This document shows positions 1-11,520 of a DNA stretch of 64,000 nucleotides, one piece after another. The stretch lies in contig OZ024741.1 in NCBI GenBank assembly GCA_964016885.1, forward strand, positions 367,288,001 through 367,352,000, in the 5' to 3' direction. Source of the stretch: Eledone cirrhosa. Its lineage: Eukaryota. Below the pieces are notes generated by a model. The model did no database searches, was not told the DNA's origin, and saw only the letters and a program-made list of their open reading frames with translations. A program made the translations under genes and the position numbers. Each line of letters opens with the position of its first letter. The stretch's first letter is position 1.

Positions 1-33
1 GCCTCCAAATACCTGATACTCAAAAACTCAGCA

Positions 34-909
34 ATGTCCAGTAGTGCTAAGTTTAATATTCTGATCGCAGATTTGGTACGAGTGATGAAGAATGTGTCCA
101 GCATGTGCGACCCAACAGAAATGGAAGGACACATCCAACACTTCATCAACCGCATGCAGTTCTCTGGCTACAACCAAAGAGACAGAGTCAGAGTATACGA
201 AGGAGCCATGGAAAAGTATAAGACCCTCATAGAACTGGACATGAAAGGAATTTGCCCACTATACAGGAGCAAATCATGGAATAGCTTAGATAGGGCTAGA
301 CATAAGATAGGGAAGGCCACATCATGGTACGACAACCAGAGATATCAGAGTGTCATGTTTGTGGACGCCACCCCTGGAGGGAAATTAGCTAACCAGTGTA
401 GAAAGGCCCTGAGAAAGACCCACTTAAAAATAAAGGTGGTAGAAAAGCCAGGAACCACCATAAAATCCCTGATCAGCAAAACCTACCCTTTTAAGAAAAC
501 CCACTGTACCAATAGGAAATGTATCATATGTAAGGTGAACCCCCGGATAAACTGTAAAACTAGAAACGTAGTCTATAGCATAAGATGTACAGAGGGTACT
601 TGCAGAAACACGACAACAACATACATAGGTGAGACAGCTCGTAGCATAGGTGAAAGGATAGACCAACACTGGGGGGAACTAAAAGGACGAAAAAACGGGT
701 CAGTACTATACGAACATGCTAGACAACATCATGACGGTAACATAGACAACATAGAAATTAGAATAATATCTAAACATAGGAATGACCCAGCAGATAGGCA
801 AATCAGAGAGGCCAGTGAAATAGAAATTAGAAGACCAAAGCTAAACAGAAAGAATGAGTGGAACAACAACAACACCCAAACAAACAACACTGACCTAAGA
901 GAAGTATAA
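34..909 (+). CDS. C-terminal part of a Penelope-like retroelement ORF (RT thumb, Cys-rich linker, GIY-YIG endonuclease); the ORF probably starts upstream of the window
   Basis: ORF contains RMQFSGY and FVDATPGGKLA, a Cys linker (CTNRKCIIC), VVYSIRC...YIGETARSIGERIDQH...LYEH (GIY-YIG with CCHH) and REASEI...PKLN. An A/C-rich 3' UTR follows. Confidence 0.88.
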   Translation: MSSSAKFNILIADLVRVMKNVSSMCDPTEMEGHIQHFINRMQFSGYNQRDRVRVYEGAMEKYKTLIELDMKGICPLYRSKSWNSLDRARHKIGKATSWYDNQRYQSVMFVDATPGGKLANQCRKALRKTHLKIKVVEKPGTTIKSLISKTYPFKKTHCTNRKCIICKVNPRINCKTRNVVYSIRCTEGTCRNTTTTYIGETARSIGERIDQHWGELKGRKNGSVLYEHARQHHDGNIDNIEIRIISKHRNDPADRQIREASEIEIRRPKLNRKNEWNNNNTQTNNTDLREV

Positions 910-1180
910 ATAAATAAGTAAATTAAATAAAATAAAATAAGATAAATAAATACATACACAAGCACATAAACACACACTAGTCACCCAGCAGGCACAACAC
1001 TATACACACTAGTCACACATCACACATAACACTATACACACACGCAAACGCATGCGCAAAGAAGACAAAATAAAATAAGATAAACAAACAAGCAAATAAA
1101 TAAATAAATAAATATATAGACAGACTGAACAAAAAAATGGCGTAGACATACAACACAACAGGAGGAACAATGAATATAAC

Positions 1181-1215
1181 ACCACTGACGATGTTGCAGA
1201 TGTGCAACGAAAGAT
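1181..1215 (+). ncRNA. Partial hammerhead ribozyme core in the PLE 3' region
   Basis: CTGACGA (1185-1191), perfect stem II GTTGCA/TGCAAC with loop GATG, then GAAA (1209-1212). No convincing stem III/NUH/stem I closure was found. Confidence 0.45.
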
Positions 1216-2139
1216 TTATGTAAACTATATATATATGTGTTTGTCTATATTGTATCTGTATTATTTTTGACCGCCGGTCAGTCAATGGCAACATTGAGGA
1301 CCGAGTAAGTTAGATCGCAGATATATATATATAAAAGACAGCGAGAAGCGAAAACCAACCAAACAGTGAGTGTGTTCTGTTATTAATTCTGGCAATATTA
1401 CGCAAATATGACCCTCCCCAAATATAACAATATATATATATATATATATATTAGAAAGTGAGGTTTTTTTTTTTACAAAATGAAAAATAACCGAGGTGTC
1501 CTACACGAGTGGAAGTATAAAGAAAAAGGGATGAAATCGAAAATGCAACTGAAGTCTTATTTTTTTAAAAAATATATATATTTATTTGGTTCCTTTACCG
1601 GTTTCGCAGTTCTTCTGCTTTTCAAAAGGTGAGTTGAGATGGAGGGTCTGTGGTTTTTCTCACATCTGGTTGGTCTCTAAATGTTACTTGTTTTATATGG
1701 AAAAAGTGGCTCGAAAACCAGGTTTTTCGAGAAGTAATTTGATTGGTTTGTCAATAATTATAATAAATTTCGCGCCAGTTCGCGTTACAATAGTTCTTCA
1801 AATAAGAGAGGGGGGGTTGTCACAGGTTGTTTTTTCATATATGAGTGTTTGAATTTCTTTTTACTTGAAAAAATGAGGCTCACGAAGGCTTTTTTTTGGT
1901 TGGTTATAAATGAAATTTGGCTGTCACGTGAACAAGTTTTCATTACATTTTTGCGCCCTTATTTGGAAAACTATTCTGTAGTCTTTATAGTGAATGTTAT
2001 GACAATGGAGAGATAGTGGTCAAGGGAAAAGGGATTGGGAAAAATGTTCTGGTTCAGTGAATATGGCCAGCTGTCAGAGTTCAGGTGTCAGAGTTCAGAT
2101 TTTCTATTGAGACTGAAGATATGTGTTTATTTGTGTGCT

Positions 2140-2176
<37 letters not shown>

Positions 2177-2648
2177 ATGTGTGTATTGGAAGATGATTCT
2201 ATTAGTAGAGATGGGGGAGGGAGTTGTGTGTGTGTGTATATGGGTGTTATGTGTGTGTGTGCGAGTATGTTAGATAGAGAGAATATATATTTTGTGTGTG
2301 TATATATATATGTGTGTAGGAAAGTGGTTCTATTAGTAGAAATGGGAAGCGTGTTGTAGGTGTGGGGGTTGTTATGTGTGTGTATGGGTGTTATGTGTGT
2401 GGGAGTATGGTTAGCATGTTAAGATGAAGAGAATATATATATATATATTGTGTGTGTGTGTAGGAAAATGATTCCTTTAGTAGGAATATTTTTGAATGAA
2501 CATATTTTCCTGACTTTTTCGTGTTTGCTGTTGTATTGCCAGTGCAAACGTATGTTTAAGGTTTATTTAGTTCGGGTTTTTATTTTCTAAAGTAGAAGGT
2601 GTTATGTGTGTGTGTGTATGTCATATTGTGGTGTTGACATAATGTATA

Positions 2649-4154
2649 TTAAACCTTATTTAATGTTGGTCTATATTTTTGAATAAACATATTTTCCTTA
2701 TTTATTCGCATTTGTTCTGTTGTATTGTTAGCGCAAAGGTAAAATGGGAAGACTTGGAATTTGGGTGTCTTATTACTTGCGCAAATGTCTAGATATGCAC
2801 TTAGTGGTATCTGTCTCGTGGTTGGATCTCGTAATTGTTGGCGATGAACTGTCATTCTGTTTCTGAGTGTGAGTTTAGTTTGTCCTATATAATCTTCATT
2901 GCATCCTTTACATTTAATGGCATAAATTAGATTTTTTGATGAGCAAGTGAAGTGATTTTTTACAGTAAAATTTTGTCCTGATTTAAATGTATACGTGTTG
3001 CCTTCAATGAGGTGAGTGCAGGTTCCACAATTAGAGCGACCACATTTTTTGATACTTGGTTGTGGGTTTGTGGTAGGTAATTTGGCATTGGTGAGTAATG
3101 TTTTCAGTGATTTTGGTTGTCTTTTGCTTTTGATTATTTTGTGTGTTTCAAGGGCTTTTTTCACTCTTGGGTTTTGTTTTAGTAGTGGGATGTTATTGTG
3201 AATAGTGTTGTAAGCTTCCGCATTTCTTGGGTTGTGTGTTGAGATATATGATAGAATATTGGACGTACCTTGAATTTGTTTCTGTTTCCGTAATTCATCA
3301 ATGCCTATTGCTTTAGCCCTTTCTATTCCATTATTTATTAGTAATAGTGGGTACTCTCTCTCAAGTAGAATTTCCTTTAATTCTTGAAGTCTTTTATTTC
3401 GCGTTTCATAATTGGAGACAATTGTGCAAATTCTTCTTGCTAGGTTAAAAGGAATGTTCGTCTTCGTGTGCTTTGGATGGTTGGAGGTGAATAGCAGATA
3501 TTGTTTGGAATCTGTTGGTTTGTAGTGTATGTCAGTTTCGATATTTGTGTCTTTTTTTGTGATTAAGATGTCCAGAAATGGGAGTTGATCTTGGCTGTAT
3601 TCCATTGTGAATTGGATGTGGTTATTGTTGCCGTTTATTAAGTTTTTGAAATCCTTCAGTTGGTCGAGTGTGTGGGACCAAAGAATGAGGCAATCATCCA
3701 AGTAGCGTTTCCAATTCTCTGATAAATATTTGTGGAAGTTCAATCCGTATTTTGATTTGGACTGTTCATATATCTGGACTTCTAAGTATGCCATGACTAA
3801 GTTGGCATAAGTTGGAGCGGCTTTTGTGCCCATCGCAGTCCCCGATATTTGCTTGTAAGTATTGCCATCGAAATCAAAAAAGTTGTTCTGTAGGATGAAT
3901 TTTAATCCCTCGGTGATGAAGCTTTTTTCTATTCTGTCAGGTATCTCATTGGGATATTTCTCTAGCCAGAATCCTATTGCTTCTAGTCCGTATTGGTGTG
4001 GGATCGTTGTGTAGAGATTCACTACATCGAAAGACACAATAATAGTGTCGTTGTTGACATGTTTGGGGAGGTGGTTTAAGAGGTCCAGATCGTCTCTTAC
4101 AAGGCTTGGTATGTGTTTCAGTATTGGTTTAAGTAGTATGTCTATAAAGTTGCT
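2649..4154 (-). pseudogene. 5'-truncated PLE (Neptune-like) RT-GIY-YIG ORF, left arm; the frame extends through the spacer
   Basis: Motifs SFDVVNLYT, GTAMGTKAAPTYANL, WKRYLDD, LPFLD, CGRSNCGTC and LIYAIKC...YIGQT. The spacer read on the minus strand continues in frame as SNFIDILLKPILKHIPSLVRDDLDLLNHLP. Clade assignment is by motif resemblance only. Confidence 0.9.
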
Positions 4155-4161
4155 CTATAAA

Positions 4162-5598
4162 GACCTCTTAAACCACCTCCCCAAACATGTCAACAACGAC
4201 ACTATTATTGTGTCTTTCGATGTAGTGAATCTCTACACAACGATCCCACACCAATACGGACTAGAAGCAATAGGATTCTGGCTAGAGAAATATCCCAATG
4301 AGATACCTGACAGAATAGAAAAAAGCTTCATCACCGAGGGATTAAAATTCATCCTACAGAACAACTTTTTTGATTTCGATGGCAATACTTACAAGCAAAT
4401 ATCGGGGACTGCGATGGGCACAAAAGCCGCTCCAACTTATGCCAACTTAGTCATGGCATACTTAGAAGTCCAGATATATGAACAGTCCAAATCAAAATAC
4501 GGATTGAACTTCCACAAATATTTATCAGAGAATTGGAAACGCTACTTGGATGATTGCCTCATTCTTTGGTCCCACACACTCGACCAACTGAAGGATTTCA
4601 AAAACTTAATAAACGGCAACAATAACCACATCCAATTCACAATGGAATACAGCCAAGATCAACTCCCATTTCTGGACATCTTAATCACAAAAAAAGACAC
4701 AAATATCGAAACTGACATACACTACAAACCAACAGATTCCAAACAATATCTGCTATTCACCTCCAACCATCCAAAGCACACGAAGACGAACATTCCTTTT
4801 AACCTAGCAAGAAGAATTTGCACAATTGTCTCCAATTATGAAACGCGAAATAAAAGACTTCAAGAATTAAAGGAAATTCTACTTGAGAGAGAGTACCCAC
4901 TATTACTAATAAATAATGGAATAGAAAGGGCTAAAGCAATAGGCATTGATGAATTACGGAAACAGAAACAAATTCAAGGTACGTCCAATATTCTATCATA
5001 TATCTCAACACACAACCCAAGAAATGCGGAAGCTTACAACACTATTCACAATAACATCCCACTACTAAAACAAAACCCAAGAGTGAAAAAAGCCCTTGAA
5101 ACACACAAAATAATCAAAAGCAAAAGACAACCAAAATCACTGAAAACATTACTCACCAATGCCAAATTACCTACCACAAACCCACAACCAAGTATCAAAA
5201 AATGTGGTCGCTCTAATTGTGGAACCTGCACTCACCTCATTGAAGGCAACACGTATACATTTAAATCAGGACAAAATTTTACTGTAAAAAATCACTTCAC
5301 TTGCTCATCAAAAAATCTAATTTATGCCATTAAATGTAAAGGATGCAATGAAGATTATATAGGACAAACTAAACTCACACTCAGAAACAGAATGACAGTT
5401 CATCGCCAACAATTACGAGATCCAACCACGAGACAGATACCACTAAGTGCATATCTAGACATTTGCGCAAGTAATAAGACACCCAAATTCCAAGTCTTCC
5501 CATTTTACCTTTGCGCTAACAATACAACAGAACAAATGCGAATAAATAAGGAAAATATGTTTATTCAAAAATATAGACCAACATTAAATAAGGTTTAA
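4162..5598 (+). pseudogene. 5'-truncated PLE RT-GIY-YIG ORF, right arm
   Basis: Same protein as the left arm from DLLNHLPK onward, open to the TAA at 5598. The N-terminal ~39 aa of ORF 4045-5598 are antisense read-through and not genuine. Confidence 0.9.
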
Positions 5599-6070
5599 TA
5601 TACATTATGTCAACACCACAATATGACATACACACACACACATAACACCTTCTACTTTAGAAAATAAAAACCCGAACTAAATAAACCTTAAACATACGTT
5701 TGCACTGGCAATACAACAGCAAACACGAAAAAGTCAGGAAAATATGTTCATTCAAAAATATTCCTACTAAAGGAATCATTTTCCTACACACACACACAAT
5801 ATATATATATATATTCTCTTCATCTTAACATGCTAACCATACTCCCACACACATAACACCCATACACACACATAACAACCCCCACACCTACAACACGCTT
5901 CCCATTTCTACTAATAGAACCACTTTCCTACACACATATATATATACACACACAAAATATATATTCTCTCTATCTAACATACTCGCACACACACACATAA
6001 CACCCATATACACACACACACAACTCCCTCCCCCATCTCTACTAATAGAATCATCTTCCAATACACACAT

Positions 6071-6107
<37 letters not shown>

Positions 6108-6724
6108 AGCACACAAATAAACACATATCTTCAGTCTCAATAGAAAATCTGAACTCTGACACCTGAACTCTGACAGCTGGCCATATTCACTGAACCAGAA
6201 CATTTTTCCCAATCCCTTTTCCCTTGACCACTATCTCTCCATTGTCATAACATTCACTATAAAGGCTACAGAATAGTTTTCCAAATAAGGGCGCAAAAAT
6301 GTAATGAAAACTTGTTCACGTGACAGCCAAATTTCATTTATAACCAACCAAAAAAAAGCCTTCGTGAGCCTCATTTTTTCAAGTAAAAAGAAATTCAAAC
6401 ACTCATATATGAAAAAACAACCTGTGACAACCCCCCCTCTCTTATTTGAAGAACTATTGTAACGCGAACTGGCGCGAAATTTATTATAATTATTGACAAA
6501 CCAATCAAATTACTTCTCGAAAAACCTGGTTTTCGAGCCACTTTTTCCATATAAAACAAGTAACATTTAGAGACCAACCAGATGTGAGAAAAACCACAGA
6601 CCCTCCATCTCAACTCACCTTTTGAAAAGCAGAAGAACTGCGAAACCGGTAAAGGAACCAAATAAATATATATATTTTAAAAAAAAATAAGACTTCAGTT
6701 GCATTTTCGATTTCATCCCTTTTT

Positions 6725-6731
<7 letters not shown>
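5599..6731 (+). mobile_element. PLE 3' UTR / pseudo-LTR region (mirror copy at 1516-2648)
   Basis: CA-rich UTR following the ORF, duplicated with it, and ending at the (TA)n tract at ~6728-6757. Confidence 0.75.
6290..6650 (+). promoter_or_regulatory. Putative promoter motif cluster in the PLE 3' end (E2F-like, E-box, CCAAT, CHR-like)
   Basis: GGCGCAAAA 6290, CACGTG 6317, TTTGAA 6445 and 6621, GGCGCGAAA 6471, CCAAT 6501, AACCGGT 6644. The same motifs recur at 8286-8416. Confidence 0.4.
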
Positions 6732-6761
<30 letters not shown>

Positions 6762-6785
6762 CTCTGACAGTTGGCAGGTGAACAG

Positions 6786-6836
6786 TGAGCTGTACTGATG
6801 AAAGGTGATACCCAGAAACATTAGTGTCTGGAATTC
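6786..6836 (+). ncRNA. Type I hammerhead ribozyme candidate with degenerate stem I
   Basis: CTGATGA 6795-6801, stem II GGT/ACC, GAAA 6815-6818, stem III ACA-ttag-TGT, GUC at 6826-6828. It lies ~35 nt after TATATAAAAG. Confidence 0.6.
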
Positions 6837-6946
6837 TGTTTACATGCCAACATAAGAGCAAGAATGAGGGGCTCATTCTACTGACATGGCTTTAAAAATG
6901 AGGCTTTTTTGCATAATTGCAAACGAATCGAATATTATTATTAATA

Positions 6947-7547
6947 CTAGCAGAAAAACCACCCTTTGGGTGGTGTTTGTGCTAGGATGTGTAGTGTGCA
7001 TATTGATATTATACGCAAGTATATATGCATGTAGATATGATACATCAAATAACATCGTAATTGACAATATACATAGAAATTGAACGAAGACTGCGTTACA
7101 CTCTCTTATGTAATCAGTAACGTAATCCATGATACACTTAAAAAAAGACGATATTATATATAAACTGCATTAGGGGAAAATTTGTGACGGAAATATATGA
7201 ATGTTTATTTAAGCGATCGCTAACCGGAAGTGTTGACATTTGAAAATTTTGAAGAAGTGAATCTTTAAATAAACAATAAAATATATTCAATCAACAGCTA
7301 CGAAATTTAGTAGATAAATTATGTAATATTCATTCATTATTTATTCAAATCCTGCCGAGGTTAACTTTGCCTTTCATCCTTGCGGGGTGGATAAAATAAA
7401 GTACCAGTGATGCACTGATAATTGCTGACCTTGTGCCAAATGTAGAAACAATTATTTATTCAAAGTAATCCAACTTATTTTACTAATGGGATAAAAAAAT
7501 TATAAACCGTACGCAGTCCCGCCCTCCTTACTTTATTATAGTTTAGA
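6947..7547 (-). mobile_element. Non-autonomous Helitron (carries a SINE insertion)
   Basis: Minus strand starts A|TCTAAACTATAATAAAG and ends with hairpin CCACCC-AAA-GGGTGG followed by CTAG|T. These are canonical TC...CTRR ends in an AT target. Confidence 0.75.
7345..7455 (+). mobile_element. 5'-truncated tRNA-derived SINE with target-site duplication
   Basis: Matches the 3' part of the 17797-17990 copy. Flanked by ATTATTTATTCAAA at 7336-7349 and 7451-7464. Confidence 0.8.
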
Positions 7548-7569
7548 TTAAAAAAACTCACATTACATT

Positions 7570-7635
<66 letters not shown>

Positions 7636-7639
7636 AATG

Positions 7640-8131
7640 TAATCTCACACACATCTTGGTGTTATGACAATATTATATATCATTTCACCCCTTTTATTAT
7701 TAAGGTTTTTGATGTTCTATTGAGAGAATCGTTTTTACGGAAAATATCGAATAATGTACACCATTTTTACCAGTATCACACAAATACTGGTCCACCCACA
7801 CACACACACACACATACACACATATACACACACACACATATATACACACACACATACACACGCGTACACTAACATACAAAGAGACATATACACACACACA
7901 CACTTCTCCATATAAGACAAGAGCTGAAAAATATCTTTTAACATGTTAAAATATCCTCCACACACGTACAGACACATTCCTACTGTCCGATCCCTCTACC
8001 ACGAATTACTCTGCTACACACACACACACTTGTCTTAATAGGCACCTGAACTGATCACCTGTCAACATGACTGCAATTCACACACACATCCCTACTGACC
8101 ATTATCACAACAATGAACCTCTTTACTACTA

Positions 8132-8209
<78 letters not shown>

Positions 8210-8530
8210 CACACACACACACATATTTGTCTTAAAAGACTTATTTTTCAGTAACTTATCAATCAGCCGAGACAAACATACATTTGGCGCAAAATCAATT
8301 TTTAACATTCACGTGACCTCTATCAACCAATCAAAATTGTTTTGACCACAAGAATTTTTGCAACACGAATTGGCGTGAAACTTATTTTTGAAAAGCATTA
8401 GAAATGCGCAACCGGTAAAAACTTAAAACCAAAACTGAATACTAACCAATACTTATTACTAATTTTTACTTATTCCTAATTAAACTATTTTTCACTGGCA
8501 ACAATTCGTCAGCATTTTCTTTTCCTTTTA
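7640..8530 (+). mobile_element. Diverged remnant related to the PLE 3' UTR
   Basis: CA-rich tract followed by motif blocks shared with 6290-6650; bounded by (TA)n and (CA)n(TA)n tracts. Confidence 0.5.
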
Positions 8531-8533
8531 CCA

Positions 8534-9262
<729 letters not shown>

Positions 9263-9563
9263 TATATATATATCTAAAGACATTCCACAAACACAATATA
9301 TTTGTAACTCGTTACCTTTTAATACTTTGACAATGAGTGTACCTGTATAATCAAGCAAGTCCGTCTCAACAGCCGTATAGGCCCCTAGGGAAACTATTCA
9401 AAATAGTGAAAATGTAAATGGTAGAGAAAATGAGACATAATTATTGGTAACTAGTACTGCACCATAAATACGTAATCTTGAATAACTACAGCATGCCTAC
9501 CCTACATATGTTTCGAATGAATCTCAGATTCAATAAATAATGACATTAATATAAACAATATCA

Positions 9564-9602
9564 TTGCTGTCTGATGAAGTTGTAGCGAAATATGTCCACG
9601 CC
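9564..9602 (+). ncRNA. Minimal hammerhead ribozyme candidate (degenerate)
   Basis: CTGATGA 9571-9577, tiny stem II, GAAA 9587-9590, TATGTC (near-palindromic stem III with GUC). Stem I is imperfect. Confidence 0.5.
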
Positions 9603-10140
9603 TTGAACTTTGGGTGACACCTAAAGGTCAAACTCTAGGTCACCACCCTTTTGGTGTGAACAGGCTCATGCGTGAGCTATCCCCTCAAGGTGGGAGACAG
9701 AAAGCGACAGGTATATAAAGCTTGTATCATCCCACGTTTAGACAGAGACATCGGAGCACTACGATACAGACAAGCCATGTGAAAGATTCCCCGCTACCTT
9801 CAGACCCTAGAGGTCTATAGAAATACAGAGTAAATAGACTCATGACGAGAACTACTATGACTGACTGCAACAAACTTTAACCACCAACACATTTTATCTG
9901 GTCGTTCGCTGTTTTCACATCAACAACAAAATAACATTGTCAACCTTCTCAACTCTTGGTAACTGTTTTATTGTGCTTTTTGACTCAAGTGAAGTAAACC
10001 TTTATATATAAACTAAATCATTTATTCATGTTATTTCATCTAACAATTATCTTAAATCATTCTAACTATTTCTTATTTATACCCTTCGTTAAAAAAGTGA
10101 CGTTAACCTATATCATGTTTATGTTATGCAGCACATAAAG

Positions 10141-10654
10141 CTGGTCCAGTAATGCGCCAGCTTCAGCATCCAGTAATCAGAAGAAAGGAAGTAAGCGTAA
10201 AAGCCAAACTAGCTATCTTCAATTCGGTATTCGTGCCAACGTTTACCTATGGTCATGAATTTTGGGTAATGACCGAAAGAATACGATCGTGAATACAAGC
10301 GTCCGAAGCGGGGTTCCTCCAAAGGGTCTTTAGAGTATTGTTACTTGATAGAGTATGTAGCTCGGAGATCAGAGAGTCGCTCCAGGTAGAGCCGCTATTT
10401 TAATTGAGAGATCACAGCTCCGATGCTATAGGCATGTGGTTAGAATGTCTCAGGAAAGAATCGCTGGACAGATTTTCTGGCAAAACCAACCGACAGGAGA
10501 CCCAGGGGTTGACCTCGAGAAAGATGATTGGATAACATCCATGAGTTTGGCTAGTCTTGCTTCTGACAGGACCCGCTGGAAGGAATGTTTGAAGACTCTG
10601 TCCTTACGAACCTCTCAGGAATAAGTGAGTGAAGAAGAAGAAGAAGAAGAAGAA
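10141..10654 (+). mobile_element. RTE-clade LINE 3' fragment with (GAA)n tail
   Basis: Translates AKLAIFNSVFVPTFTYGHEFWVMTERIRS*IQASEAGFLQRV, resembling the Expander/Rex3-type RT C-terminus. (GAA)n tail; possible TSD AGCACAT. Confidence 0.82.
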
Positions 10655-10819
10655 GCACATGAGTTATGTTGACAACAGTCTACGCCTAGTTGCAGTGGTA
10701 ACAGCAATGCCAATGTCCACTAGTTATCATATAAAATTAACATTAACATTGTTTATTATCTTCAGTAAAACACATGGTAAATATGTATTTTCTAAATAAC
10801 AAATACTTATAGTTTAGTA

Positions 10820-11190
10820 CAACGGTCGCCAACCGGTGATCCGAGAGACAATTTTGGTGGTCCGCAGAATAATTTTGACATTATTTGCAATTTTTATATT
10901 TTATTAATAATAAAAATAAAATAATATTCGGTTAAAATATATTTTATAACACCCCTAAAAATGTTTCTCTTCAGTAAAGAACTAACATCTATGAAATAAT
11001 TTTACACATATGTATCATCTATCGACAATATGACACACGTACGCTTCAGTATTGTTTAATAAAATGGAAGTTCTCAGATCATTATTTTTCAAACGTATTT
11101 ATCTTTTTAAAAAAATTCGCATTAGTGGTCTGTGGGATTTAAAATTATGAATTTAGTGGTCCGTGAGGTCCAAAAGGTTGGCGACCGCTG
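10820..11190. mobile_element. hAT (Charlie-like) MITE
   Basis: TIRs CAACGGTCGCCAACC / GGTTGGCGACCGCTG with a perfect 8-bp TSD GTTTAGTA at 10812-10819 and 11191-11198. Confidence 0.88.
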
Positions 11191-11201
11191 GTTTAGTATT
11201 T

Positions 11202-11520
11202 AGACAGCGAATTGGCATAGTCATTATAACATCGGATAGAATGCTTTGTAGTATTCGTTCCGGCTCTCTGCTCTCTGAATTCAAATCCTGCCGATGTCAA
11301 CTTTGCCTTTCATCCATTCTAGGTCGATAAAAAAAAGTATCAGTCTAGTACTGGGGGTCGATTCTTCTTCTATATCTCTTTCTCACTTCATTTCTCTCAC
11401 TCTTTTTTCTCTCTTTGGAAGAAATCTGCTGTATTCATGACTTAGCGAGGAGATTGGCTCCGCCAGGTTCTAAAATACCCTAGAAACACCGTAAATGGCG
11501 CCCCTTACGACTCCGTTCAA
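11202..11520 (+). mobile_element. tRNA-derived SINE, long-tail variant
   Basis: Head with A/B-box-like motifs (TGGCATAGTC, ATTCAAATCC) and core CTTTGCCTTTCATCC...GGTCGATAAAA...AGTATCAGT. The tail matches the reverse complement of 19799-19945. Confidence 0.72.

Larger units (their letters stand above)
1516..6731. repeat. Near-perfect inverted repeat: arms 1516-4085 and 4162-6731 (2570 bp each), 76-bp spacer
   Basis: Position x mirrors 8247-x, and the mirrored ORF pairs are identical (2649-4037 vs the 3' part of 4045-5598; 1586-1852 vs 6395-6661). Differences seen only at 1982/6265 and the T/A homopolymer near 1560/6680. Confidence 0.97.

Noticed and set aside
4045-4161. N-terminal extension of the 517-aa ORF
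   Set aside because: It is antisense of the left arm and spacer, fortuitously open, with a non-ATG start.
2649-5598. Telomerase, retron or selenoprotein-type (Naiad) RT
   Set aside because: The C-terminal GIY-YIG and lack of in-frame TGA codons indicate a canonical EN+ PLE.
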